Below are positions 49,680 to 59,639 of a DNA stretch of 64,000 nucleotides, one piece after another. The notes beneath the pieces were generated by a model that searched no databases, was not told where the DNA came from, and saw nothing but the letters and a program-made list of their open reading frames with translations. Each line of letters begins with the position of its first letter. Positions within the stretch are counted from its first letter, which is position 1. The DNA is from a virus. Lineage: Duplodnaviria; Caudoviricetes. The position numbers were made by a program, and so were the translations under genes. The stretch is taken from the IMG/VR virus record IMGVR_UViG_2890910346_000001, one strand, 5' to 3'.

Positions 49680-52600
49680 TTATGCTTCTTCATCTTTTTT
49701 TCGACGAGCTACTACCAAACCTAAACTAATTAGAAGTGAAAGTGTTGCGGTATTCCAACTAGTCATTGAGTTAGATTCACCTGTAGTTGGTAATTTTTTA
49801 TCAGAAATTGATTTTGCTGTATTATTTTGACTATCAGCGTCACCGACATTATTTTTATCAACTTTGGTTTCACTGTTAGCTTGATTATCACTTACTGGAT
49901 AGCTATTCGCATCAAGTGGATTTGTACCTTTCTTAACTTCAGTACCATCATCGACACCATCACCATCAGTATCTTTATTAAATGAGTCTGTTCCAAGTTG
50001 TAATTCTTCAAGATTAGTTAACCCATCATTATCATCGTCCGCATTGAGTTTCAAGATTGGTTTATCATTAAAATCAGCCAATCCAAGCTCATGTCTACCT
50101 TGAACTACCAAATCAGTAATTGGGATTTCAAAATTATCAGCAAATATTTTACCATTTTCACCAACAGTAATTGTCGCATTAGGATTAAAACGAGTTAATT
50201 CTTTAACAAGTCTTTCTTGCTCAGCCGTTGTTAACTGATTAATGTTTGCTACTGGAAGTTTTTCAATTGGCAACACCACAAGACTTGTAGAACCTAAAAT
50301 TTCCTTAACTTCTGTTTCAGTTGTTGCTGCTTCCACTTTTTCTTTCGCTGCTGTTACAGCATCATCAACTTGTTTGTTGGCTGCGGCTTTTTCTGCCTCT
50401 GATAAAGTGTTATTATTCGCAATTTCTTCTTTCTTAGCTTTCGCTGCTTCATCGATTGCTGCTTTCGCTTCGTCTTTACCAACTGGTTTCACTGATTCAA
50501 TTGCATCTTTACCACCGTTTACTGCAGCTGTTACTTCTTCTGGAGTTGTTGCTGCTTCCACTTTTTCTTTTGCTGCTGTTACAGCATCGTCAACTTGTTT
50601 GTTGGCTGCGGCTTTTTCTGCCTCTGATAAAGTGTTATTATTCGTAATTTCTTCTTTCTTAGCTTTCGCTGCTTCATCGATTGCTGCTTTCGCTTCATCT
50701 TTACCAACTGGTTTCACTGATTCAATTGCGTCTTTACCTTCATTTGCTGCAGCTGTTACTTCTTCTGGAGTTGTTGCTTCGTCCACTTTTTCTTTCGCAG
50801 CTTCTGCAGCATCATCAACTTGTTTGTTTGCTGTGGCTTTTTCTGCCTCTGATAAAGTGTTATTATTCGCAATTTCTTCTTTCTTAGCTTTCGCTGCTTC
50901 ATCAATTGCTGCTTTCGATGCGTCTTTACCAACTGGTTTCACTGATTCAATTGCGTCTTTACCTTCATTTGCTGCAGCTGTTACTTCTTCTGGAGTTGTT
51001 GCTGCTTCCACTTTTGCTTTCGCTGCTACTACAGCATCATCAACTTGTTTGTTTGCTGTGGCTTTTTCTGCCTCTGATAAAGTGTTATTATTCGCAATTT
51101 CTTCTTTCTTAGCTTTCGCTGCTTCATCGATTGCTACTTTCGATGCATCTTTTGCGACTGGGTTGATCGCCTCGATTTCAGCTTTACCATTGTTCGCTGC
51201 TGTATTGACAGCTTCATCTGTCTCTGCAGCATTAATCGCTTCTTTGGCTTTATTGGCTGCTGTATCAACATCTTCTACTGCAGATAATTTTTCATCTGCT
51301 GAAAGATCATCTTTCGCCTTGATTTCAGCTTTTTTCGCTTTTGCAGCTTCATCAATCGCTTTTCTAGCTTGATCTTTCACTGTTGCTGTGACTGGCACGT
51401 CTTTAATCGCTGTCACACCCTCAGCTTTTGCTGTATCCACGACTGCATTCGTAGTAGCTGTATCAATGCTTTCTTTTGCTGCTGTTACAGCTTCATCGAC
51501 TTTCGCTTTCGCTGCTTCTTTTTCTTCAGTTGTCAAAGCAGTGTTAGCATCAATTGCTGCTTTCTTCACGTCTGCAACGGCATCAAGGGTATCTTTAGCA
51601 GCTTGTTTTTTCGCTGCTGTTGGTTGAACGTCGTTTACTGCAGTTTCACCATCTGTTTTCGCTGTATCAACACCGTCTTTGTCAGTTGCGGCATCAATTG
51701 CTACTTTGGCTTTTGTTGCTGCAGCTTCAACGGCTGCTTTCGCCACTACTTTTTCTTCATCTGTCAAGGCTGTATCTGCATCGATTTCTTTGTCTTTTGC
51801 TTCTTTCGCCTTGTCAATTGCGGCTTTAGCATCTGCTTTTGCAGTCGTGTCAGGTGTCACTGAGTCAATCGCATTGATTCCTGCTGCTTTTGCATCAATT
51901 ACAGCTTGATTAGTTGCTGCGGCATCAATTGCATCTTTCGCTTTTGTGACTTCTGCATCCACTTTGGCTTTTTCTGCTTCTTTTTCTTCAGTTGTCAAGA
52001 TAGGGTTTGCTTCAATGCGAGCTTTCTTCACATCTGCGGCTGCGTCAATCGCGGCTTTAGCATCGTCTTTTGAAACAGCACTTGGTGATACTTCGTCAAT
52101 TGCCTTGATAGCTTTAGTTTTTTCATCTGCAACTGCTTTATCCGTTGTCGCTGCCTCAATCGCTGCTTTCGCGTCGCCTGCTGCTTTTGCTACTTCTTTC
52201 TTCGCTTCCGCTTTTTCTTCATCTGTCAAGGCTGTATTTGCATCGATTTCTTTGTCTTTTGCTTCTTTTGCCTTGTCAATCGCGGCTTTAGCATCTCGCT
52301 TCGTTGAAGCTGTTCCAGTAACAGCTTCAATTGCTTTTTCACCGGCTGCTTTCGCTTGGTCTACAGCCGCTTTGTCAGTTGCTTTGTCAATCTCTGCTTT
52401 GGCTGCATTTGCAGCTGCATCTACTTCGGCTTGAGCAGCTTGTTTTTCTTCAGCTGTTAAGTTGTTATCGCCTTCGATTGCATTTTTCTTCTCAACTGCT
52501 TTTGCATCAATCGCATCTTTTTCTTTGTCTTTTGCGATTGGAGCAATACCATCGATAGCTGTTTTACCATCATCTTTCGCTGTATCTACAGCAGCTTGAT

Positions 52601-55600
52601 CTGTAGCTGCATCGATTGCTTTGTTCGCTTCTTCTGCTTTTTCTGCAATTTCGGCTTTAGCAGCTGCTTTTTCTGCTTCGCTTAAATCATTATTTTGATC
52701 AATAGATTCAGCGGCTTCTTTCGCTTTTTCTGCAATAGCTGCTTTCGCGTCGTCTTTAGCAGTTGCGGTTGGTTGAAGTTTTTCAATCTTATCTTCTGCT
52801 TCAGCACGAACGTTGGCTACATCTTCGTTTGTAGCAGCTTCGTCCACTTTCGCTTTGGCTTCGTCTGCAGCTTTTTGTGCTTCTTCTTTTGCTTTCGCTT
52901 TTTCTTCCTCTGTCAAAGCTTTATTCGCATCGATTTCTTTGTCTTTTGCTTCTTTTGCCTTGTCAATTACGTCTTTAGCGGCTTGTTTTTTCGCTGCTGC
53001 TGGTTGAACACCAGTTACTGCAGTTTCACCCTCTGTTTTCGCTGTATCAACACCATCATTGTCCATCGCGTCGTCGATTGCTTTTTTCGCATCAGCTACG
53101 GCTTTTTCAACGTCTGCTTTCGCTTTCGCTTTTTCTTCCTCTGTCAAGGCTTTATCCGCATCGATTTCTTTGTCTTTTGCTTCTTTTGCCTTGTCAATGG
53201 CATCTTTAGCCTTGTCTTTGCCAATTGGAGCAATGTCATCGATAGCTGTTTTACCAGATTCTACTGCTTGGTCTGCTTCTTCTGGTGTTGTTGCTGCGTT
53301 TGCTTTTTCTTTTGCTTCTTTTGCAGCGTCATCTACTTGTTTTTTCGCTGCTTCTTTTTCTGCGTCTGATAAAGCATCGTTATTCGCAATTTCGTCTTTC
53401 TTCGCGTCTGCTGCTTTGTTGATTTCAGTTTCCGCTTTCGCTAGCGCTGCTTCTACGGCATCAGCAGTTGCATGAGAAACTTCAACATCTTTGATTTTTT
53501 GTTTTCCATCAGTAACGGCTTCAGTAACTTGATCAGCTGCATCTGCATCCTCAATCGCTTGTAAAGCTTCCTTCTTAGCATCGTTCACTGCTTTGATAGC
53601 TGCTTCTTTTTCTTCTTGCGTTGCTTTGTCGTCCGCATTGATAACAGCAATCTTATCAGCAGCTGCTTTCTCAATTTCAGCTTTCTGCTTATCTTTTGCG
53701 ACTGTATCAGCATTGATTGCTTTCACACCATTGGCTGTTTCAGTGTCAACGGTCGTATTTGTCTCTGCTTCGTCGATCGCTTCTTTTGCTGCTTTTGCTG
53801 CTTCATCAACTTTTTGAATGGCAGCCAATTTTTCTTCTGTGCTAAGATCTGGGTTCGCTACAAGTTCCGCTTTCTTCGTTTCTGCTGCTTTATCAATCGC
53901 TTTTTTTGCCGCTTCTTTAGCTTTTGGTGCTACATCCACGCCGTTGATTGCTACGATACCATCATCTTTTTTAGCAATGACATTTGCATTTGTAGTCGCT
54001 GCATCGATTGCTTGCTTCGCTTTTGTCGCTTCTTCTTGAACTTTTTGTTTAGCAGCTACTTTTTCCTCATCTGTCGCTTGAGTATTTTTGTCAATAGCTG
54101 CTTCCTTCGCTTTTGCAACTTCTTCCACTTTCGCTTTGGCAGCTTCTTTTTGAACTGGTTTCGGCGCAAAATTATTGTAATACGGCAGATTTTCATTCAA
54201 TGCATCGCCAACAGCATCATTCGTTGTAGCAGCGTCAATTGCATTTTTTGCTTCTTGAGCTTTGTTAGCAAGTTCCGCTTTAGCTGCGGCTTTTTCCTCA
54301 TCCGTTAAGTCTGAACGCATGTCAACTTCTTGCTCTTTTTGTAATTTGGCATTATCAATACTATTTTTAGCAGTTGCCTTAATTTCTGAAGTTTGAGGGA
54401 CATCATTCAACGCATTTAGACCATTAGTTTTCGCATTTGTAACAGCATCATTTGTCGTTGCATCTGCGATAGCTTGTTTTGCTTCGTCTGCTGCTTGTTG
54501 AACTTTCTCTTTGGCTGCTTGTTTTTCTTCATCGGTCAAATCTTTATTGCCGTCGATTTCTTGATCTTTAGCAGCTTTTGCCTCATCGATAGCTTTCGTC
54601 GCTTCTGGTTTTGTCACAGCATTTGGGCTTACTTTTTCAATTTCACCCGTACCGTTTGTTTTCGCTTTATCAACAGCTGCATCTGTTGTCGCTGCATCAA
54701 TTGCTTCTTTAGCTTCTTTTGCTAATTTCTTAGCTTCTTCTTTTGCAGCTGTTTTCTCATCTTCAGTCAAACCAGTTGCATCATTGATAAGATTTTCTTT
54801 TTCTTTAAGCTTTTCATCAATTGCTGCTTTTGCGTCTTTTTTCTTCGCTGGAGTGACTTCTACGTCATTGACTGCTTTTACCCCTGCTGCTTGAGCTGCT
54901 GTTACTGCATCTTGAGTTATCGCATCGTTAACCTTTTGCTTCTCGTCCTTAGCCGCTTGTGAAACAGCTTCTTTCGCTTTCGCTTTTTCTTCAGCTGTTA
55001 GATCAGCATTGTCATTAATAGCTTTTTCTTTTTCTGCTGCAGCGTCATCAATAGCTTTGAGAGCATTTTCTTTACCAACTATTTGAATGTCATTTACTGC
55101 GGCTTCACCGTCTGTTTTAGCTTTATCAACCTCAGCATTGTTAGTTGCAGCATCAATTGCGTCTTTAGCTTTGTTTGCTTCAGCCTCTACTTCGGCTTTT
55201 TTAGCGTCTTTTTCAGCTTGTGATAAGTTTTGATTTTGGTCAATGGCATCTTTAGCTTCCGTTGCCTTAGCCTCAATCGCTTGTTTAGCGTCTTTTTTCT
55301 TATCAGCAGTTGGTGCTACGCCTGCTAAAGCTGCTTCTCCATCTGTTTTCGCTGTGTCTACGCCAGTTTTGTTAGTTGCGTTATCAATAGCTTGTTTGGC
55401 TTCGTCTGCTTTTTGTTTAGTCTGCTCTTTAGCTGCTTGTTTTTCTTCAGCCGTCAAGTCCTTGTTGTCATCGATTTCTTTATCTTTCGCTTTTTTAGCG
55501 GCATCAATCGCTGCTTTGGCTTGGTCTTTTCCGACTTTATCGACTGCCTTCACAACATTTTCACCTGCAGTTTTCGCCGCTTCTACACCTGCGTCATTAG

Positions 55601-58600
55601 TCGCTTGGTCAACTTTTTCTTTTTCTGCTGTAGCTGCCGCTTCTACATCTGCAAGCACTGCCTCTTTTTCTTCCGGCGACAAGTTCGTTCTAAGCGCCAA
55701 CTCAAGCTTACGATCTGCAGCTACCTTGTCAATAGCTGCTTTGGCTTCTGCTTTTTTGGCTGCTGTTTCTGGCACATCTCGTACGGCTTTTTCTCCAGCT
55801 GTTTGAGCAGTTGCTACATCTTGATTAGACGTTGCCGCATCAATCACTTTATTAGCTTTATCAGCTTCTGCTGCAACTTTTTCTTTGGCAGCTTGTTTTT
55901 CTTCGGCCGTCAAGTGATTGTTGTTGTCGATGGCTTGCTCTTTTATGCGTTTTGCTTCTTCAACTTTAGCTTTAGCTGCGTCTTTCTTGACTGGAACTGG
56001 AGTTATAGCATTAATAGTATTTACCCCAGTGTCTTTTGCAGTATTAATTTCATTTTGATTACGCCCGCGATTAATTGCTGTTTTTGCTGCTGTTACAGCA
56101 GCGTCAACTTTCGCTTTCTCAGCATTCTTTTCCTCAGTTGTCAAAGCTGGGTTAGCATCAATCGCTGCTTTTTTAATTGCTGCCGCATCATCAATCGCTT
56201 TTCTTGCCTTATCTCTGCCTACACTACCTATATCTTCAATACGAGCTTCCGCATCAGAACCTGCATCCGTTGCAGCATCTTGATTTTGAGTTGCATCAAT
56301 CGCTTTGTTTCCTTCTTCAACCACTTTATTTACATTATTGATGGCTCTAACTTTTTCTTCAGGTGATAGGATGTCACTTGCCGTAATTTCTTTGATTTTT
56401 TTATCCGCTTCTGCTTTTAGGTGCTGTTTCGCAGTTTCTTTAGCAGCTTCTAGTGGATCTTTTTGAGCAGCTGGTGCTACTGCTGCCTCTACCGCTTCAA
56501 TCGCTGTTTTCCCTGCATCTTTCGCTGCGTTCACAGCATCTGGTGTAGTGGCTGCTGTAATTGCTGCTTTGGCTTTTTCTACTGCTGCATCTACTTTTTT
56601 GATTGCAGCCTCTTTGTCTGCTTGTGTTGCATTTGGAGTGGCGTTGATTGCTGTTTTTCGAGTTGCTGCTGCTACATCAATTTCTTGATTAGCCTTATCT
56701 TTGGCTAACAGTGGCACAGCTTCAATCGCATCGAGTCCTTTTTGTTTTTCAGTACCGACAGCGGTAAAGTCTACTGAATCTGAAGTTAAGGCTGCATTTT
56801 TATCGACTTCTGCTTTTTTATCCAAGGCTTTAATTGCATCGTTAGCTGCTTTTTCTACTGCTTGCTTAGCCGTAGTTTTTTCGGTTTGCGTCATGTCCTG
56901 ATTAGCATCAATCGCTTGGTTTTTCTTTACTTTAGCAGCTTCAATCTCTGCTTTAGCGGCTGTGATTTGATCATTTGCTTTGACTTTGTCTGGTGTTGAC
57001 GAATTCCCCGCTTCATCTTTTACGATTGCCGTTACTGTTTGGTTATTCGTGCTTGGAACTAATAATTTCCCATTTGCAGTCGCATAACCTGTTGGTACAC
57101 CTTGACCATTCGCTAGACTCCAATTACCTTGATTATCTTTCACAAATTCTACCGGTGTGCCGTCAGCAACTGTGACCACCAAGCGTTTGGCATCCTCTGG
57201 TGTGCTAATAACAACACTTCCGTCTGGTTGTGGTCTTAGTGATGGTTCAGCTGGGGGAACGGTGTCTACCACGTTAACTTTTAGATTAATCGTTTGACTC
57301 GTACCATTTGGGTAGGTAACTGTTACGACTCCAGATTGCTCGCCTAAACTATTTGTACTAGGTTTTGTCGCCCACACAAAAGTTGTTCCTGTTGGTAATT
57401 CATTTGGATTAGAAACGATTAAATCACGAAGTTTATCACTTTCTGTCGGCAATTCTGAAAATTGTTGAACCTCACGCGTTGACTCTACTTGTGGCACTTG
57501 ATTTACAACTAATTTGAGATGACCTGTAGATGGACGTCCATCATCTCCTGTACCATCGTCATTTGCACTTGCACGGTAACGAACAGCAGTATTCGCACCG
57601 TATCCTAGTGACCAAAAGCGTCCTGCCAAATTACTATTATCCGGCCACATATTAGGTTGTTGGATAATTTTGATTTCTTCTCCATTTGCTACTGCTGCTC
57701 TAATAGCTGCAATATCTGCACTTGTCAAAATATCACGATTAACCCACGTTCCTTTTGAATCATTAAAGTCATCGCGTCCTGCACCAACATTATCTCCAGA
57801 AGCAAATTCAGCATTAAACATTGAAGCTGTTCCTTCTTCTTTAAGAGACCAATTCCCACTTCCATCCACAATAGCATATTTCGGTTTATCTACTCCTGGA
57901 ATGATAATTCGAATCGTTTGATTAGCCATCCCTGTACCAGAAAGCGTCTTATCTGTAGCTGCATTAAATGGATTAACAGAAGTTGGAGCGGCAATCCGCG
58001 GAGCTGTCGTGATATCATATTTTGGTCCTGTAACGACGATATCCCCGTCTGCTTGTTTCATCGTTACACGAGCATAAAACTTACCAGAAAGCGGCAAAGG
58101 TTTTTTAAATTCTAGTTTTGGTCCCCAACCATAAGAAATATTACCCGGACCTGCATCTGCATTAATTCCATTTGTTCCTGGTGTGTTTGCAACATTGTCA
58201 GGAAATTGGGGAGCTGGCTTTCCATCCATCGTTTTCCCGTTTTGCCCTTCAGCGACAACTTCTTCTTTTCCATCAGGAGTTTGGACTATGTATTCAATCT
58301 TAGCATTTCTAGCTATATGGGCTATTTGTACGCCCCCAGGATTCAAACCTCCATTTCGAGTAAAGTCTGCGTTTTTAATTGTTTTTTTATCATACCCATT
58401 CAAATACTTTAGTACTTCTGGATGTGCATCGTTAGCACCAATTACAGGTTTAGGGTAATCTACTTTGTATCTAAATTCATGCTGAGTGCCCCCAGATGAA
58501 TAGGTAGCCGTTACATAACCTGCTAGAATCGGTTTAGCTGGGTCTGTATTAGAATAACTCCAATTCGCAACTCCGTTTTGATTCGCAGTAACTTCTGGTC

Positions 58601-59420
58601 CCTCTATCAATGTTCTACCATCAATAGCTGAAATCAAATTAAACTTAACTTTTGTATTCGCCGGTATACCAGTAGCTTGGAAACTACCCACATAAGCACC
58701 TGCTTGATTACGAACAGTATCAATCTGAGCTTCTGTTCTACCAGTTATAATACTTGTACCTGCAACAACAAATTGATTATTCGTTGACTTTCTCAAATCG
58801 CCTTCATTTCCTACCGCTGTAAAACCAGCTGGAACGGCATTTGAATCCGCACGGAAACCTGTTCCTTCTGGCATTTCTCCTCTTGAACGATTATAACGTT
58901 GATAAGCACGGCTACTTGTCAATGCCTTCGTTAGTTCTAAAGATAGTCCTGCAACGTCTTCATCACTAAGATTTAATTGACGGAAGTGTTCCTCTGTCAA
59001 CAATTTAACTTCTGCAACTGATAGTTTTTTGAAGACTTCTAAAGTCAACTTATCCACTGAAATAGTTTCTTCAACTTTCTCACCTAGTTGTTCAGACGAA
59101 CGGTTAACTTCCTCAGTTATTGGATTTACTTCAGTGACGGCTGATTCTTCTTGATTCGTTACTTTTTCAGATCCATCTTCTTTCAATTCAGCTGTCGATA
59201 GACTAGCTTCTTCAACCACAGTTGTATTCTCAGAAACAGTTACTTTTTCTACTGATGACAACTCAAAATCCACTACGCTTGACTTAGGTACAGACTCAAT
59301 AACTTCACTTGCTTCTGCAAAAACTTGTGGTCCAACTATCAAGAAAGAGCCTAAGAAAACTGACCCTACCCCTACTTTAAATTTTCGTATTGAAAAACGA
59401 TCTTTCTTTTTATTAAACAT
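49680..59420 (-). CDS. Giant YSIRK-signal LPXTG surface protein (3246 aa) with DUF1542-like helical repeats
   Basis: FSIRKFKVGVGS signal; Ig-like and Rib-like domains; many ~75-aa Ala/Lys repeats; DxDxDG Ca-binding repeat; LPTTG, TM helix and RRKK. Confidence 0.93.
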   Translation of the reverse strand: MFNKKKDRFSIRKFKVGVGSVFLGSFLIVGPQVFAEASEVIESVPKSSVVDFELSSVEKVTVSENTTVVEEASLSTAELKEDGSEKVTNQEESAVTEVNPITEEVNRSSEQLGEKVEETISVDKLTLEVFKKLSVAEVKLLTEEHFRQLNLSDEDVAGLSLELTKALTSSRAYQRYNRSRGEMPEGTGFRADSNAVPAGFTAVGNEGDLRKSTNNQFVVAGTSIITGRTEAQIDTVRNQAGAYVGSFQATGIPANTKVKFNLISAIDGRTLIEGPEVTANQNGVANWSYSNTDPAKPILAGYVTATYSSGGTQHEFRYKVDYPKPVIGANDAHPEVLKYLNGYDKKTIKNADFTRNGGLNPGGVQIAHIARNAKIEYIVQTPDGKEEVVAEGQNGKTMDGKPAPQFPDNVANTPGTNGINADAGPGNISYGWGPKLEFKKPLPLSGKFYARVTMKQADGDIVVTGPKYDITTAPRIAAPTSVNPFNAATDKTLSGTGMANQTIRIIIPGVDKPKYAIVDGSGNWSLKEEGTASMFNAEFASGDNVGAGRDDFNDSKGTWVNRDILTSADIAAIRAAVANGEEIKIIQQPNMWPDNSNLAGRFWSLGYGANTAVRYRASANDDGTGDDGRPSTGHLKLVVNQVPQVESTREVQQFSELPTESDKLRDLIVSNPNELPTGTTFVWATKPSTNSLGEQSGVVTVTYPNGTSQTINLKVNVVDTVPPAEPSLRPQPDGSVVISTPEDAKRLVVTVADGTPVEFVKDNQGNWSLANGQGVPTGYATANGKLLVPSTNNQTVTAIVKDEAGNSSTPDKVKANDQITAAKAEIEAAKVKKNQAIDANQDMTQTEKTTAKQAVEKAANDAIKALDKKAEVDKNAALTSDSVDFTAVGTEKQKGLDAIEAVPLLAKDKANQEIDVAAATRKTAINATPNATQADKEAAIKKVDAAVEKAKAAITAATTPDAVNAAKDAGKTAIEAVEAAVAPAAQKDPLEAAKETAKQHLKAEADKKIKEITASDILSPEEKVRAINNVNKVVEEGNKAIDATQNQDAATDAGSDAEARIEDIGSVGRDKARKAIDDAAAIKKAAIDANPALTTEEKNAEKAKVDAAVTAAKTAINRGRNQNEINTAKDTGVNTINAITPVPVKKDAAKAKVEEAKRIKEQAIDNNNHLTAEEKQAAKEKVAAEADKANKVIDAATSNQDVATAQTAGEKAVRDVPETAAKKAEAKAAIDKVAADRKLELALRTNLSPEEKEAVLADVEAAATAEKEKVDQATNDAGVEAAKTAGENVVKAVDKVGKDQAKAAIDAAKKAKDKEIDDNKDLTAEEKQAAKEQTKQKADEAKQAIDNATNKTGVDTAKTDGEAALAGVAPTADKKKDAKQAIEAKATEAKDAIDQNQNLSQAEKDAKKAEVEAEANKAKDAIDAATNNAEVDKAKTDGEAAVNDIQIVGKENALKAIDDAAAEKEKAINDNADLTAEEKAKAKEAVSQAAKDEKQKVNDAITQDAVTAAQAAGVKAVNDVEVTPAKKKDAKAAIDEKLKEKENLINDATGLTEDEKTAAKEEAKKLAKEAKEAIDAATTDAAVDKAKTNGTGEIEKVSPNAVTKPEATKAIDEAKAAKDQEIDGNKDLTDEEKQAAKEKVQQAADEAKQAIADATTNDAVTNAKTNGLNALNDVPQTSEIKATAKNSIDNAKLQKEQEVDMRSDLTDEEKAAAKAELANKAQEAKNAIDAATTNDAVGDALNENLPYYNNFAPKPVQKEAAKAKVEEVAKAKEAAIDKNTQATDEEKVAAKQKVQEEATKAKQAIDAATTNANVIAKKDDGIVAINGVDVAPKAKEAAKKAIDKAAETKKAELVANPDLSTEEKLAAIQKVDEAAKAAKEAIDEAETNTTVDTETANGVKAINADTVAKDKQKAEIEKAAADKIAVINADDKATQEEKEAAIKAVNDAKKEALQAIEDADAADQVTEAVTDGKQKIKDVEVSHATADAVEAALAKAETEINKAADAKKDEIANNDALSDAEKEAAKKQVDDAAKEAKEKANAATTPEEADQAVESGKTAIDDIAPIGKDKAKDAIDKAKEAKDKEIDADKALTEEEKAKAKADVEKAVADAKKAIDDAMDNDGVDTAKTEGETAVTGVQPAAAKKQAAKDVIDKAKEAKDKEIDANKALTEEEKAKAKEEAQKAADEAKAKVDEAATNEDVANVRAEAEDKIEKLQPTATAKDDAKAAIAEKAKEAAESIDQNNDLSEAEKAAAKAEIAEKAEEANKAIDAATDQAAVDTAKDDGKTAIDGIAPIAKDKEKDAIDAKAVEKKNAIEGDNNLTAEEKQAAQAEVDAAANAAKAEIDKATDKAAVDQAKAAGEKAIEAVTGTASTKRDAKAAIDKAKEAKDKEIDANTALTDEEKAEAKKEVAKAAGDAKAAIEAATTDKAVADEKTKAIKAIDEVSPSAVSKDDAKAAIDAAADVKKARIEANPILTTEEKEAEKAKVDAEVTKAKDAIDAAATNQAVIDAKAAGINAIDSVTPDTTAKADAKAAIDKAKEAKDKEIDADTALTDEEKVVAKAAVEAAATKAKVAIDAATDKDGVDTAKTDGETAVNDVQPTAAKKQAAKDTLDAVADVKKAAIDANTALTTEEKEAAKAKVDEAVTAAKESIDTATTNAVVDTAKAEGVTAIKDVPVTATVKDQARKAIDEAAKAKKAEIKAKDDLSADEKLSAVEDVDTAANKAKEAINAAETDEAVNTAANNGKAEIEAINPVAKDASKVAIDEAAKAKKEEIANNNTLSEAEKATANKQVDDAVVAAKAKVEAATTPEEVTAAANEGKDAIESVKPVGKDASKAAIDEAAKAKKEEIANNNTLSEAEKATANKQVDDAAEAAKEKVDEATTPEEVTAAANEGKDAIESVKPVGKDEAKAAIDEAAKAKKEEITNNNTLSEAEKAAANKQVDDAVTAAKEKVEAATTPEEVTAAVNGGKDAIESVKPVGKDEAKAAIDEAAKAKKEEIANNNTLSEAEKAAANKQVDDAVTAAKEKVEAATTETEVKEILGSTSLVVLPIEKLPVANINQLTTAEQERLVKELTRFNPNATITVGENGKIFADNFEIPITDLVVQGRHELGLADFNDKPILKLNADDDNDGLTNLEELQLGTDSFNKDTDGDGVDDGTEVKKGTNPLDANSYPVSDNQANSETKVDKNNVGDADSQNNTAKSISDKKLPTTGESNSMTSWNTATLSLLISLGLVVARRKKDEEA

Positions 59421-59464
59421 CGATTTTCCTCCTTATATTTTTTGATTTCATTTGATTTTAAATC

Positions 59465-59490
59465 ATTCAAAAAATCAGGGATTTTTGAAT
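59465..59490. repeat. 26-bp recombination-like site A (central AG)
   Basis: attcaaaaaatcAGggatttttgaat; 10/12 self-symmetric pairs; inverted relative to site B. Confidence 0.75.
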
Positions 59491-59613
59491 CGCTATTCCT
59501 ATTGAAATTTAAGACACTAACTAATTTATTCAATGTTCAAAATATGGACTAAAAACGCCTTTTTTCTTGCCTTTTTTAAAATCAAAATATATCACAGTAA
59601 TGATAGCACATTT

Positions 59614-59639
59614 ATTCAAAAATCCCTAGTATTTAGAAC
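59614..59639. repeat. 26-bp recombination-like site B, inverted, overlapping the recombinase stop codon
   Basis: Reverse complement gttctaaatactAGggatttttgaat; 21/26 identical to site A, inner 14 bp perfect. Confidence 0.75.

Noticed and set aside
50242-58458. Many long plus-strand ORFs opposite the giant surface-protein gene
   Set aside because: Expected artefact of GCA/GCT/AAA-rich repeat codons that lack stops on the reverse strand.
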